A stretch of DNA of 64,000 nucleotides. Source: Podarcis gaigeae (lineage: Eukaryota). The notes beneath the pieces were generated by a model, which saw nothing but the letters and a program-made list of their open reading frames with translations, ran no database searches and was not told where the DNA came from. This document shows positions 1 through 11,918 of this stretch, in pieces. The stretch is taken from assembly GCA_964106915.2 (NCBI GenBank), contig OZ066920.1. The stretch is one strand, 5' to 3'. How positions within the stretch are numbered: the first letter of the stretch is position 1; each line of letters starts with the position of its first letter. The position numbers and the translations under genes are program-made.

Positions 1-460
1 AAGCATATTTGAAAGGATCTTAGGTGACTGCTGTCACTGGCCTCCTGGTCAACGTTTCTTAGTTCTTCAGCTCTTTGGGCTTTTCATCTTGAGAAGGGTA
101 AAATATATATTCTTCTGGAGAAGAATGGTGAAAAAGCTTTTATTATAGCATCTGAGAGGATTTCCAGCAAGGGCCCCTTTTCGGGAGAAGAAAGGAAGTT
201 TTCTGAGACTATTCCTCACTAAGACTATTCCTCACTGTAGCTTATTTTTGCACACAATTCCAGCCTCCTCATTTCAGAAAATGGACAGAAAAGAGGCTGG
301 AGAGTCATTGGATAGAATTCCATAAAATTGGAGGTTTTCTTTTTAATGTTATGCTCATATGCAAGGTGAAAAAATATACAGTAGATTTAAAAGTGGTTTT
401 GCATAGGTTAGAGTGCGGTTAGAGTTGAGGGCATTACCACTGTTGTGATTTTCTGTGAGC

Positions 461-490
461 AGAGACAGAGAGAGAGAGAGGGAGAGAGAG
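461..490. repeat. (AG)n microsatellite, imperfect
   Basis: Direct reading of the AG run. Confidence 0.9.
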
Positions 491-928
491 CTAATTGTGG
501 TTCATCCCTACAAAAAATATGACAAAGGAAAAACAGGGCAATTCTTCAACATTGTAAATAAGACAGCCAGTTCTATGGGATCTGCTGGAATGACATACCA
601 AATAACCCAGAATACAAAAGCGAGATAAATTTTAACTAAAAATTATTATCTATTTACCCCCGAACCTAGAAAACATCTTTGAAATTTTAAGAGAAATAAA
701 GCTTCACTAACGTTCACACTTTGGCACTGCGGTCTGGAATCTCCCCAAGATCAGCAGCCTTCCCACTGTTATACTATGTTTAGCATGGTGTTCATGAAGG
801 GGTCTGGGGTGTTGTTGTTGTTTTTACTTAACCATCTTTCTGGAAAGATTCAGGTAGTTCCAGCTTGATTCAGTTGACTAAGACATCCAACCACCCTTCT
901 TAAAGCAATATTTAGGGTAGCCTCTGGG

Positions 929-1100
929 ACAGGGGTAGGAACCTTTTAAAGCCCAAAGGCTACTTTCCCTTCTGGGCCATCTTGTCTGATGCTGGTGGGG
1001 GTGGGGGGGGCAGGAGAAGATGCAGAGAGGCATGCCTTTCTCTTTGGCTCGAATCCAAAGCTATGCCTTTGGTGGGCTACCCAAGGAATCTAATGGGGAG
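929..1100. mobile_element. Degenerate hAT-type MITE fragment (CAGGGGTAGGAACC family)
   Basis: Starts CAGGGGTAGGAACCTTTT...TTCCCTTCTGGGC; similar to the copies at 11125, 60490 and 61606. Confidence 0.5.
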
Positions 1101-2865
1101 GCAAGATCTGTTGGAGTGTTCATGCTTTGAGACTTCCCATCCAATGCTCAAGTATAGATAAAACCATATATCCTAAAGACCCCACAGTCTCCATTGACCT
1201 TCCTTCAAGGAAACCAAACCCATGGGTAAGTACAGGCACCCCTGGAATCTCTCACCGCTTGGAGATTGGGGTGCACGAAACATTACTTATGGAAATTCTA
1301 GGGCCTATTTTCCAAATCACTTCCAGAGTGGTAGCAGATTTGCGCAGTCATTTCCCTAGGCAAGTGTCATCTTCTGGGGCTGCAAATGCTCCAACAGCTC
1401 CTAGCTTTCACACAACAGCCTCTGTCTGCAGCCTGCACAGCTGGGTGGACGCTTAGCAAATACCCTGCACTGCAATTCCCATTTGGTTCTATGCCAGCAT
1501 TTAACTCCAATATGCATTGTCTTTAGTAATAAGTTTCTACAACTGAAAAGTTAATTACATACATTATTATTTTTTTCACTGCTTTCCTGTTCCTCTCTAT
1601 GCAGCTATAGATGTATAATTATTTTATCACTGTAATAATTTTCCTTCTCATCAAGTGATAAAATATAATTCCCTTCTTTGCAAGTCTTATCCTTCTCCAC
1701 TTGCGTTAATCACTGTCGACATCATAGCCCCTATACACCAAAAGCTCTTGGATTACTCTGTTAATATTCACGTAGTCCTGTGTAACACCCACTCAAGTCA
1801 AAATGTTCATCGTAAATTAAAGTTAAGCACGTTCTTAAGTGTTTTGATGACTCACCACAGCTTAAGTGCCAGATGCTGTCGTGTCTGTTGTATCGCATTA
1901 GGACAGATGACATCATCCCCATGTTGTCTAACTTGTTTTTTTAATAGACAACATGGAGGGCTTTGGGGTTTCCCAATGCATATTTGTTGTGCTGATTTTT
2001 TTTATGTTCAGGGTTATAGATAGCCTGACCAATTTGTGTCTTGAGATTTGGTTTTGACTCACCCTTGAAAAAAAGTTCAAAGTCCCACATATATTGGTGA
2101 AATGGTGTTCTTGTAGCCACTTAGTAGAACCTATGCAAATAATAATAATATAATAATAATCAATCAACACCCCGCATATATATTAATAAAAATGTTCTTT
2201 CTATGGGAGCACCTGAAAGCTTCACAGATGAGAGATCTCTGCATAGATAAGAGCCCCTTCACAATTTGTAAGTCTACACCTGAACTTCTAAAGTGTAAAT
2301 GTGACATCTATGTTTGCAAGTATATCATGCAGATGTAGCATGAGAAGAAGAGATAGAGCAACCATTACCAATGGCTGTATTGTCTTCTCCCATTGGGCAC
2401 TTTTGCCCACGTGATCTGCTGAAAGCTTTCCACTGGGAGAGACCTCAAATCTCTTCCAAGGGAGAGCAGGTGAGAAGCAGAGCCTGCTGAAGGTAGGAAC
2501 GTCATATTGGTCAGCAATCTAGAGTCTTATTTCTCCCGCATCCTTATCTGGAAACCATTGTTGCTTGTACACTTGGTGGAAAATCTTGACTGGCCTTTGC
2601 CTAATGTGTGAAATTGCCCTTGGAGCATCCCTCGTTCAGAACGAGGGATTAATTACATTAAATTAAAATTAAAACGTTGTTGCTGTGCTCAGCTCAGCTT
2701 TTGAATGTGGTGGGCAAGGAAGGACTATGGCGGACATCTGATTATAGGATGTATATGTATGGAGGTGTAAAATAAGACCATGAATTAGTTGGAGGTGTTT
2801 GAACATAGATACAAATAGTGCATTTGCATGTATAACTAAAGGGAATGCTGGCGTAACCAGGAAAA

Positions 2866-2924
2866 TTCAGTGAGAAGAAAAGTATTCAAATATTCAGAAT
2901 TTGAATACTTTTCTTCTAACTGAA
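2866..2924. repeat. Near-perfect 26-bp inverted repeat with a 7-nt loop
   Basis: TTCAGTGAGAAGAAAAGTATTCAAAT-attcaga-ATTTGAATACTTTTCTTCTAACTGAA, 1 mismatch. Confidence 0.9.
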
Positions 2925-4059
2925 AATGTTTATGGACACTTCTTTTTCCTCCACCCTCAGGAAAGAGTAGTTTCATTTGTCATGTCTCTATCTGAAGACA
3001 TTTGACACACCTACTAAATGGAAGTCAGTCAGAGCAGCTGCAGAGATTCTTTTGTGAGCAAAGGCTTTTTAAACAGTTTACAATATAATCACAGCAAGAG
3101 AAGAAAATCTCTTGGTTTTTTTTAAAAAAATAGTCAGGAAATAAAAATGCTAAACACTGGAACAGAAAGTAAGCCTCCCTTATGAGCAAAGTAAATGATT
3201 TAGTGATGTTCTTTTTACGTTAAATGAGGCAGGAGATCACAAACTAAAAACCACTTAAATATGATTTTAAAATTAATTATGCTTCACCCCCATAATAGTG
3301 TTTAAATTGCATTTAAATTGGCTATCACGTATTGGCTTTGTTACATAGTAAATGTGGTTTTTGGTGGAATTCAAGATGAACCAGGGTCAGATTCTGAGAA
3401 CAGTCCGCAGTGTGATTGCTGCATACACTCACGAGAAGACTTGGCAACAGAAGATCAAGCATAGATCCTGATATCTATTATAACGGGAACATTAATTCTG
3501 CTGCTGGCACCAAACTTTACTTAATTATTGAGCTGCATCTTTGCTGCAAGGTACTTAACAGCTGCTACATTCCCATGTACGTTTTGCAAAATGTAAGTTT
3601 AAGAAGGGAAAGAACTCATTTTCGTGAATTAACTGGAGAATAGGTTCCCAATAAAAAGCATTGCTAACATGTAAATCAGTGATGGAAGTTTCCATGGTGG
3701 AAGATTCAAAGAAAGCTCAGTTTTTGAAAGTACTTGATTAAAATCTTCTTCTTACCCAGAAGTGGGAGACCCAGTGAAACAACAACAAGCTCTTCTCCCT
3801 GAAAAATAGTAACTTACAGTTCCTTCTACAAATGTAGCACAGAAGTTGCATGTCTTGCTGAGTGGTGCTTGTAGACCTACTCTACTATATCTACTATATT
3901 GTAGACCTACTCTACTATATTTTTCCAGCCTATGCCAATACATGATTGCTTAGTTGTGAGCTTTAGCTATTATCTTCTGCTCAGACTCTTCCTGTGCTTA
4001 TCTTCCTACGCATGGGGAACTGTGTGAGAAAATAGGTGCTACTGACATGATTTTACAGC

Positions 4060-4290
4060 CAATAAGAGCCCAGATGAATCTGACCACAGGACAATGTATT
4101 CTGCTTCCAGCAATAGTTGGCTAGATGCACACCAACAAGGCATGAAAGCAATAGGCTTCTCCAGCGGTTGTTTCCCTACAGCTGGTATTCAGAGTCATAT
4201 GCTGGCTCTGATCTTGACAGTAGCATTGAGCCACCATGGCTTGCAGCTGTTGGTGGCCAGTCCAACACCTATTGCTGCATATGCTTGGAA
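4060..4290 (-). mobile_element. Old CR1 LINE 3' UTR fragment
   Basis: Resembles the reverse complement of the CR1 3' end at 9370-9553 (e.g. CTGGTATTCAGA vs TCTGAATACCAG). Confidence 0.5.
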
Positions 4291-4924
4291 GGAACCCTAG
4301 AGTGAGGGAGAGCTGGATCCAACCAATAGATGAAAATTCAGTCCAAAGGGCCACATCCCTGTAGCCCAAACATCTCCGCATGTGCTATGTTAAGCCTATT
4401 TAGTTGATGAAAACTCTGAATGAAAATACTTTTTTTTTTTTTTGCACAAGACAAATACCTCTCATAGAAACCTTTTGTATTTCTCCCTTAAACTAACAAT
4501 GCCTTTTGAAAGCAAGTTCGGATGTCAAAAAGACGGGCCTGCATTTAATTTTTAATTTTCTTCTCTATTTGCACGTTGTCAGCTGGTTATTCTTTTCTTT
4601 TTTTCCTCCTCCTCCCTTTCTCTTCAGTAATCTTTTTCTCCAGAGGCTTTGTATGCAGGAAGTAACTCTTGAGTGTTAATTATGATTGATTTGCAATGCT
4701 CTGAGATGACTGTTTATATCTTTCTTTACCACCAATGTGCCCCCAATGACCTTTCTGAGAGCATTCAAGAAACAGACAAAGATGAAATAATTCTTTTTTT
4801 AAAAAATTGGAAAGTTATATAAAGCATTTTAGCAAAACTCTGAGGAGAGGGCGAGGATGATGTAGGAATTCATATTTTCATATAAGAGCTATTTCCCTAA
4901 TTAAATGGAATTCTAATGACTTAG

Positions 4925-5045
4925 AGGACATGATCCAGCCTCAGTTAAGCTCTTATAAGTCCCATTGATTTGAATAAATCTGCTTAACTCTTCCACTTAA
5001 ATCAATAGGGCTTAGGAGTACTTCACTTTGGCAGGATCATGCCCT
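4925..5045. mobile_element. Palindromic MITE-like element
   Basis: CATGATCCAGCC...GGCAGGATCATG ends with an imperfectly self-complementary interior. Confidence 0.55.
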
Positions 5046-7360
5046 TTATTTTCTAGATATGAGGTGAATATATAGCAAATCAAGAAGTTTTTGCCATGAG
5101 ATTGTCAGTACAATTGTATGTATGCATGTTCACTGGAGATATTTCAAACTGTGTCTAGTAGTATCCCACATAGCACTACATCTCTCATTCTGTCACTGCA
5201 TTCTCCACCAAGGAACTAAGCTGTTATTGGAGCCAATGGTGGCTCCTTCATCCCCAGTTGTTTTGCAGGAGTTGTTTTCAATGGGACTGTGGCACAGGGA
5301 TAAAGTCACAGTTCCCATCATGACTGCCTCTCCTTCTGTCACCAATAGCTGCTATTTTAAAAAAGAAACTGAGCTTCTTTAAATGCATTTGCACCTTTTA
5401 CACATCAACAACTTCTGTCCTGAGCCAAATATGTACAGGATTTCAATCTGTACTGGGTTAGAGGCCTAGGACCCTGGTCCTTTAATATTTTCACCCTGGT
5501 GTGGCTGCTAGTATTGCCTGCTGGAAGGCTGCTGAGACCTTCCACGTGACAGTGCTGAAACAGTATAACAATAAATGCACCTATAATTGGTATGTGCTGG
5601 TGCATTGAATGTTCCTTTTCAGAAATGTCATGCCTGTGTTCCATTTTCTTTTCTTTTTTCTTTTTAAAAAACCTATAACATGTAAAAACTGTTTTGAAGT
5701 TTGACAAGAATGAAAGCAATTGTTTGAACAGCGCTATTCTTGATCAGCACCACAAACATAGTATTAATATGACAGAAAACCTCGTGGCTCTTTTTAATAT
5801 ATAATACACATCCACCTTCTTTCTTAAAAGAGTCAGTTTTCCGGTAAAAGCTGAATTTACCTTCCAAAACACCACAAGCTGCTCTTTAAAAAAAAAAATC
5901 ATGTAACAATGATGTGGTGACTGATAATGTCTGAATATAAGCTCAAAAACATAGCTCTTGTTTTTGTGAAGGAGTCCTGTCAAAATAAAAGTTGATGTTT
6001 TCTTATAAACAATGATTAATACAATTCAGTAATTGCCAAAGCAGGATTCCTTTTGAATTGGAATGCAAGAAAACTGTTTGAAATCCTTGCATTTTATTTT
6101 TATTTCTCTAGTTTATATATGATTTATTTCTTAAGAAGTGTTGATTGATCAACAAGATGTCCTTCTGTCAACCCCCTCAGGTGGATTCTGTTTTTCCACC
6201 CGGAGGAAAACTCATAATTTGTCAACAAACTTACACACAAAATTAGTCAATTCATCTTGTGTTAAGCTTGCAAGGCTGGTCCAGCAAATTTCAAAAGTCA
6301 GGCCTGGTGTAGTTCTGCCAAATTTGTGCTAGTCAAAATCATCATGTAATAAACCTTATAATAATCTGAAGAAAGGAACCAAAAGGTTCCTGGAAAAGGC
6401 AGGGCCAGACCTCCATGAGGCAGAGCGACAGGCAGAAGATATTGAGGGGCAAGAGGGCAGCTCCACAGCATTGCTGCAGAGTTACCTAAGCTAGCTTGCC
6501 CCTTAAGTTAACTTGCTACCCCGAGTTGTGGTGAAGAAAGCTGCCCCATCTCCAGTGCTGAAGGAAGATCCATTGGCCAGTTCATTGGCCAACTATTCTA
6601 CACATGGAATAGTTCCATCTTGTTCTTACTTAAGGAAGCAAAATGTTTTGGAAAAAGTCAACTCACTGTGCGGGGGAAATGCTCAAGTGAAATAAAACCA
6701 GCCCATTTGGGAACCTCAGATACCTAGAAACAGGCCATGATCCTCCCACCCACCCAAAACCTTTTGCTCAGCACAGACTCCTTGTATTACTAATCGGATA
6801 CAATTCTAGTATTATTCTGAGGAGTGAGAAGAGAGTTGGAGTCCATTGAGAGAAAAATCTCTTCTCTTTCCCCTTCATCCTATTCTATTTCATGCATATG
6901 ACAGAAATGCAGTGGTGTCAAAGAAGAAGCATATAGACAGTTAAGTTACCCAATGGTTCCATTTGCCTCTGAACTCATTGCTGATTCTGCTACACCCTAC
7001 CAGTAGAGGGGGTGTCCATTGGAGCAAATGGGGCACTGCCCCCACCAACCTCCACCAGTTAAAGTGGTTCAAGAGTTCTTTGAATGTATGGTGCTGATAT
7101 GATCTAGGTGTATAGGTCACATGCACCTGTATTGCACATTAAACAGCTACACATACAAGTCTCTTCCCCACTGCAGAAGGCAAATCAAAATGTTCCTTGG
7201 GTAATAGAGCATACAGTACAGAACACCAAGAGGTAAGTGACTACTGCCTATGAATGAAGATGGAGATCCCTTCTCTGCTTTTACCTGAAGTCATGGCCAG
7301 TCATAAGCCTTGAAGATGTGATAGTGTTAACAGATAGGCAGGCAAACATTAAATAGTGTA

Positions 7361-7499
7361 TAGGGGGTAGTGGGGAACCTGCCCCCCTCCTGATTTTGTA
7401 GGACTACAAATCCCATGAGCCACTGCCAGCATAGTCAGTGGTCAGGCATGAAGGGAGCTGTATTTCAACACCTGGTGGGCCACACATTCCCCGTCCCTG
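7361..7499. mobile_element. ~130-bp palindromic hAT-type MITE (GGACTACAACTCCCAT family)
   Basis: GGGGAACCTG...GGACTACAAATCCCAT...CAACACCTGGTGGGCCAC...CCCTG; many copies in the window. Confidence 0.7.
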
Positions 7500-8109
7500 G
7501 TGCACAGAATAGGGGTGAAATTATCTGAACATTTCTTATACATTCATATTTATAGAGACATTTCATGTTTATAGATGGCTGCTTCAAGATTGTTTTCCTG
7601 TTTACTCGTTTTATACAAATAGGGAAATAAATTTTCTTGTGAAAATAATGGTGAATTGATTCCAGGTGGCTCTCTTGTATTGAACTGCTGATCCAGTGGT
7701 CTCCTGCAGGATATATTATTGCGAACAGGAGGGGAATTGCCTTCCGTTCTCTCTTGCTCCTGCCAGCCCTGTGATTTCTCCTCACAATCCCTTCAAAATA
7801 AAGTTATTAACATAGATCAAACTAATTAATGGTAGCTTATCCTCATTGATTGAACCAATCCGTATTTTGGAAGAGCTAAATGCCTTTTCATTGCTATTCT
7901 TTTTTTAAAAAAGAATGTGTTAGAGTAGATAAGATAAGTCGCTGGGAATTTGAGGCCTGCCCCACACTTGCGCAAATGTAAATATTTATGTATTTATTTA
8001 TTTAGGAATTATATAATCCCTGAGAGGGTGTCAAAGGAGCCATCAGATTTTTCATATATTCCCTCTGCCCACGGTGGAGGTAAAGGTCCACCCACAGGAG
8101 AAAACATGG

Positions 8110-8580
8110 TGTCAGGGACTGGGCAGAGGAGGAATGGTGGAGACTGCTTCCCTAGCCTGACCCTTCCAGAGAAGAGGACAACAATTCAGAATTACAACGG
8201 GGGAGATCACAGCTCAGAGGAAGATGAGGGGGAAAGCTGGGAAATAATGGGGGGGGAGGAAGAAGTACAGAGGGGGGACAGCTGATGTACACAGTGTCTT
8301 TAGAAAGCATTCAAGAACCACCACCCCTCCCAGAACCCGGCGGGCATTGAAAGTAGGAGAGCAGAGAGCTCAAAGGCAGAGGGCACATCTCTGCACCTGT
8401 AGTGATGATGCATGAAGGGAGGGGGTGGAGACTCACTCGGAGCAACGCGATTATTCCGAGAGGCCACATTCCCAAGCCTCTCTCTGTGAATATTGAATAA
8501 AATCAGATGGTAAGGACTTTCTCTTATCTTGTCCATTCCTGGCAACCTGCCATGGGGTTTGGTTCCTCTACTGCCTGACA
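8110..8580 (+). mobile_element. Solo LTR (probably Gypsy-type)
   Basis: TGTCAGG...CCTGACA termini; 5-bp TSD CATGG/CAAGG (8105-8109, 8581-8585); AATAAA at 8496-8501. Confidence 0.75.
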
Positions 8581-8641
8581 CAAGGACATCCAATGAAGAA
8601 ACTGCAAGATTCAGAACAGATTAAAGAAAGTACTTCACTAC

Positions 8642-9271
8642 TGTGCTGGGCCCAGGGGTAACCCATGAAACTCGGTCCAGGACCGGTTCAGAATCCAAAG
8701 GTTCTGCTGGGAGTCAGTCTGACAGGGCCAAGGCAGAACACGAGGCAGGAAACCAAGCAAGGACAAGTATGGGATTTCAGGCAGAATCTAGCATACAGCA
8801 ATGTTGCTCGCACAACCTGGGGTGGGTTCCAACAGCCTTTTATCTTTGTCAGGGTAGCGGCCGGTCCTATCCCCCAGCGACTCACCTCCCTGTTTCACCT
8901 GAAGGCGAGCACTCCTCCTGCAAGTACTCAGGTCTCTCCTTTTCTCAGACCTGAGTCTCTGCAGCTTGGGAAATGTCAGTGGGTTACTAGACCCAGCGGC
9001 CGCCTCAGACTCCCCTGACCAAACCAGTAGTGGAGCTGCTGTAAGTGATGTCCCAGCTGAAGGCAACAAGGTAATCCCCGCATCTGGAGCCAGGGCAGGC
9101 TCAGGCCCCTGACTCGGCCCAGCTAGTGTTTGTTGCAGGAGAACCTGTGCTGACTGGGACTCTTCAGGATCAGGCCCCAGACTTGGTTCAGAAGATGCCT
9201 GAGGCAAAGGATCCGGTACAGACTGCGTCTCCTCTGGTTCCGAGTCTGAGCCCAAGTCCCAGGCCATAACA
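8642..9271 (-). mobile_element. Solo LTR (probably Gypsy-type), 630 bp
   Basis: TGT...ACA termini; perfect 5-bp TSD ACTAC (8637-8641, 9272-9276); cleanly splits a CR1 fragment; TATA-like GATAAAAG on the minus strand near 8840. Confidence 0.8.
8788..9267 (-). other. Uninterrupted 159-codon ORF inside the solo LTR (acidic/Pro-rich N-terminus, basic RRSARL region)
   Basis: ATG 4 nt inside the LTR edge; MAWDLGSDSEPEET...RLRSEKRRDLSTCRRSARLQ; expression unknown. Confidence 0.45.
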
Positions 9272-10621
9272 ACTACACAGTGCATAATTAAACTATGGAG
9301 CATTGCTGGCCACCAACCTGGATATTTTTAAATAAGAGGGCTATCCCTCTTATTAAGGTGATATGGCTCCACAGTTGGAGGCAGCAATGCTTCTGAATAC
9401 CAGTTTCTGGAAACCACAGGAGGGGAAAGGGCTCTTGTGCTCGAATCCTGCTTGCAGGTTTCCCAAGGGGAATTAGTCGGCCACTGTGAGAACAGGATGC
9501 TAGATTAAATGAGCCATTGGCCTGATCCGGTAGGCTCTTCTTGTGTTCTTATGAGCCTCCCACTGTGGAAAGCCCAACAGTAGTGGTGCTTGTCTGCCGT
9601 CAGAATTCCAGTGCTGGGGAGGACAAAACGGAGACATTCTGGGAGAGGCTGTGGATGCACAGTGTCCCAGTCTCTCCCATTCCTCTGCCACATGCTGGAA
9701 CTGCTGTGATTTATTTCAGGGGGAAATCCTTTGCTTGTGAGGTGGAATCTTCCAAAAGGAAGTTCGATGTTCCCTCCCCGTCACCCTTTCCCTAGTGCTG
9801 GTGAAAGCCCAGCAGGTATTTGACTATTCAAACCACATATGAGTCTCTCTCCCCTGACGCAGTGGAATTGCTCTGCCCTCTGCTCTTTATCTGCAACCCT
9901 ATGTGCGCTTACTTGGAAGTAAGCCCCACCAAATACAATTCACACCAGCAAGTTAACAAACACAGGACTGTGTTGGTTCCCACTAAAGAACATGGCTCAG
10001 CAGCACCCAATCACAAGTAATATAATTTATTAAATGCATATACGGGAAAATATTAAATCATAACTGGGAGGCTGGGGGCACTCCTGGTTGCATCTCTGTC
10101 CCTTGACCTCAAATGCTAGGGGTCACTTTTGCCAGCTTCGGCTGGTAAAGACAGTTATGGCTCCTTCTGGACCGGGATAGCTGGTAACTTCCAGGTTGGA
10201 TTACCGCAGTGCCTGTTTATGGGACTGCACTTGAGGCTGCTCTGGAAGCTGTGGTTGGTGCAGAATGCAGCAACTCATCTGCTCACTGGGGCAGGATATC
10301 ACTGACATGTTACCCTGCTGTTGGAATTAACTGGCTAGGTTCAAGGTGGTGGTAAACCACCTGGGACCAGGATACCTGAAAGATCATCTCACCCCTTAGA
10401 TAACCAATCAGTCCCTGCACTCTGCAGATGAGGGCCCCCTGAAGATACCAACTTGTCAAGAGGTTCATTCTGTACAATATAGGAATATCAGGCACTGTCT
10501 CTGTTGTCTTTTTGGTGTCTGTTGATGACCTCCCACTACCAACAAGCCTTTTAAGTAGAAAAATTGTCCAGTCTGCATCTGTACTGGAATATATTTTAAG
10601 AGGTTTTTGAGATGTTTTATC

Positions 10622-10769
10622 CAATGCTTTTTCCCTTAAAAAAACATGTTTAGGGGTACTCTCATTTTCCTGCTCATATTGAAATACTGCTCCTCAATGA
10701 GGCCAAACTTAGATTCACAAAATGTTTAGGGGTATGCGTACCTCTGCGTACCCCCAGAAAAAAGCACTG
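10622..10769. mobile_element. hAT MITE
   Basis: TIRs CAATGCTTTTT/AAAAAGCACTG; 8-bp TSD GTTTTATC/GTTTTGTC. Confidence 0.85.
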
Positions 10770-10819
10770 GTTTTGTCACTTGTTGTTTACTGCACTGAGC
10801 TCCTTTGAGGGGAAGGTTG

Positions 10820-10880
<61 letters not shown>
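10820..10880. repeat. (GAAA)n microsatellite
   Basis: Direct reading. Confidence 0.95.
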
Positions 10881-10881
<1 letters not shown>

Positions 10882-10928
10882 GTTTATTTACTTCTCCTAT
10901 CTAGCCGCTTAGGAAACAGTAGGGTCAA

Positions 10929-11115
10929 GGGCCATAGCTTAATGATAAGAGAACATTGCATGTCAAAGGCTGCTGGTTCAATTCCTGAGTTGGAGGTAGA
11001 GTTGGTAAATACTCTTTCTCTTAAAACCTGGGTAGCCAATGCTGGTCAGGATCAACAATACTGAGTGATATGGATCAATAGTCTGAATTGGTATGTAGCA
11101 GCTTCCTATGTTCCT
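10929..11115 (+). mobile_element. tRNA-derived, CR1-tailed SINE (Squam2-like)
   Basis: GGGCCATAGCTTAATG head, GGTTCAATTCC B box, tail GCAGCTTCCTATGTTCCT. Confidence 0.7.
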
Positions 11116-11124
11116 TAATGCGGA

Positions 11125-11390
11125 GATAGGGAACCTCCTTCAGGCAGAGGGCCAAATTCCATTCTGGGCAACCTTCTGGGGGCCACTAGTGCATGGGACC
11201 AGAGACAAAATGGACAGAGAAATGTCCATTTACCTTTGTACAGTAGGCTAGTTTCCACACACACACTTCTCTATCTTCCATCCCAGACACATTCCAGCCT
11301 TACAAAGCACCTGTGATGGACAGCCAATAAGGGGTGCAATTGGGGAGGTGCATAGCCTGGGGAGAGCCCGAGGTTCTTCACTTTGCCTTA
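11125..11390. mobile_element. hAT-type MITE (GGGAACC family)
   Basis: Similar to 60490-60850 and 61606-61850. Confidence 0.6.
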
Positions 11391-11918
11391 ATGATTTGCC
11401 CAGTTAAGATGGATCTGCCTTTCAGAGATCTCTTGGCATGGGCTTTGGCCAGCCTCTGGCAGGAGTGCTGAGAATTCCTCTGTGTGTACTTTTTATGTGT
11501 GTACTTGAAAAGGAGAGGGCTCCAGTCCTGTAAAGTAAAGGGCTCGGACAACATGATGCCTTGTCCCTCTCTTTCTATCTATTTCAGCCCGTGTATTGTC
11601 CGCCTATAAAGAAGAATGCAAGGGAGTGGGGTTGAAGAATCCACAACTCCACCATCGTTGTTTGAATTGCCCTGTTTGTATCCTTCAACAATTCATCAAT
11701 ATAAAGGAATCCTCCCTCTCATATATTTGTAACAATCCCATTTTCACACTACCGTTCCTCACAAATATGGCAAAGCTAGTTAGACCTTTACTGGCAGGAA
11801 ATACTGGATGCTGCAAAATTTGCACGGCCTTAGGCTTCCTGTTGGAGGGTTTAAATGGGTGGAAAAGCACAGCAGACACCTTTCTGTGGATTCATAAATA
11901 GACTTCCACCTCATATTA

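Larger units (their letters stand above)
8600..9553 (+). mobile_element. CR1 LINE 3' end interrupted by a solo LTR
   Basis: AAAGAAAGTACTTCACTAC|ACAGTGCATAATTAAACTATGG is continuous across the insert; ends GGCTCTTCTTGTGTTCTTATG. Confidence 0.75.
10177..10880 (+). mobile_element. Degenerate L2 LINE 3' fragment ending in a (GAAA)n tail
   Basis: Translates LVTSRLDY...KLWLVQNAATHLLTG, the L2 ORF2 C-terminal motif; interrupted by a MITE at 10622. Confidence 0.7.

Noticed and set aside
10780-11064. KERK-repeat ORF (also 39075-39287) and poly-N, poly-I and CV-repeat ORFs elsewhere
   Set aside because: Translations of microsatellites
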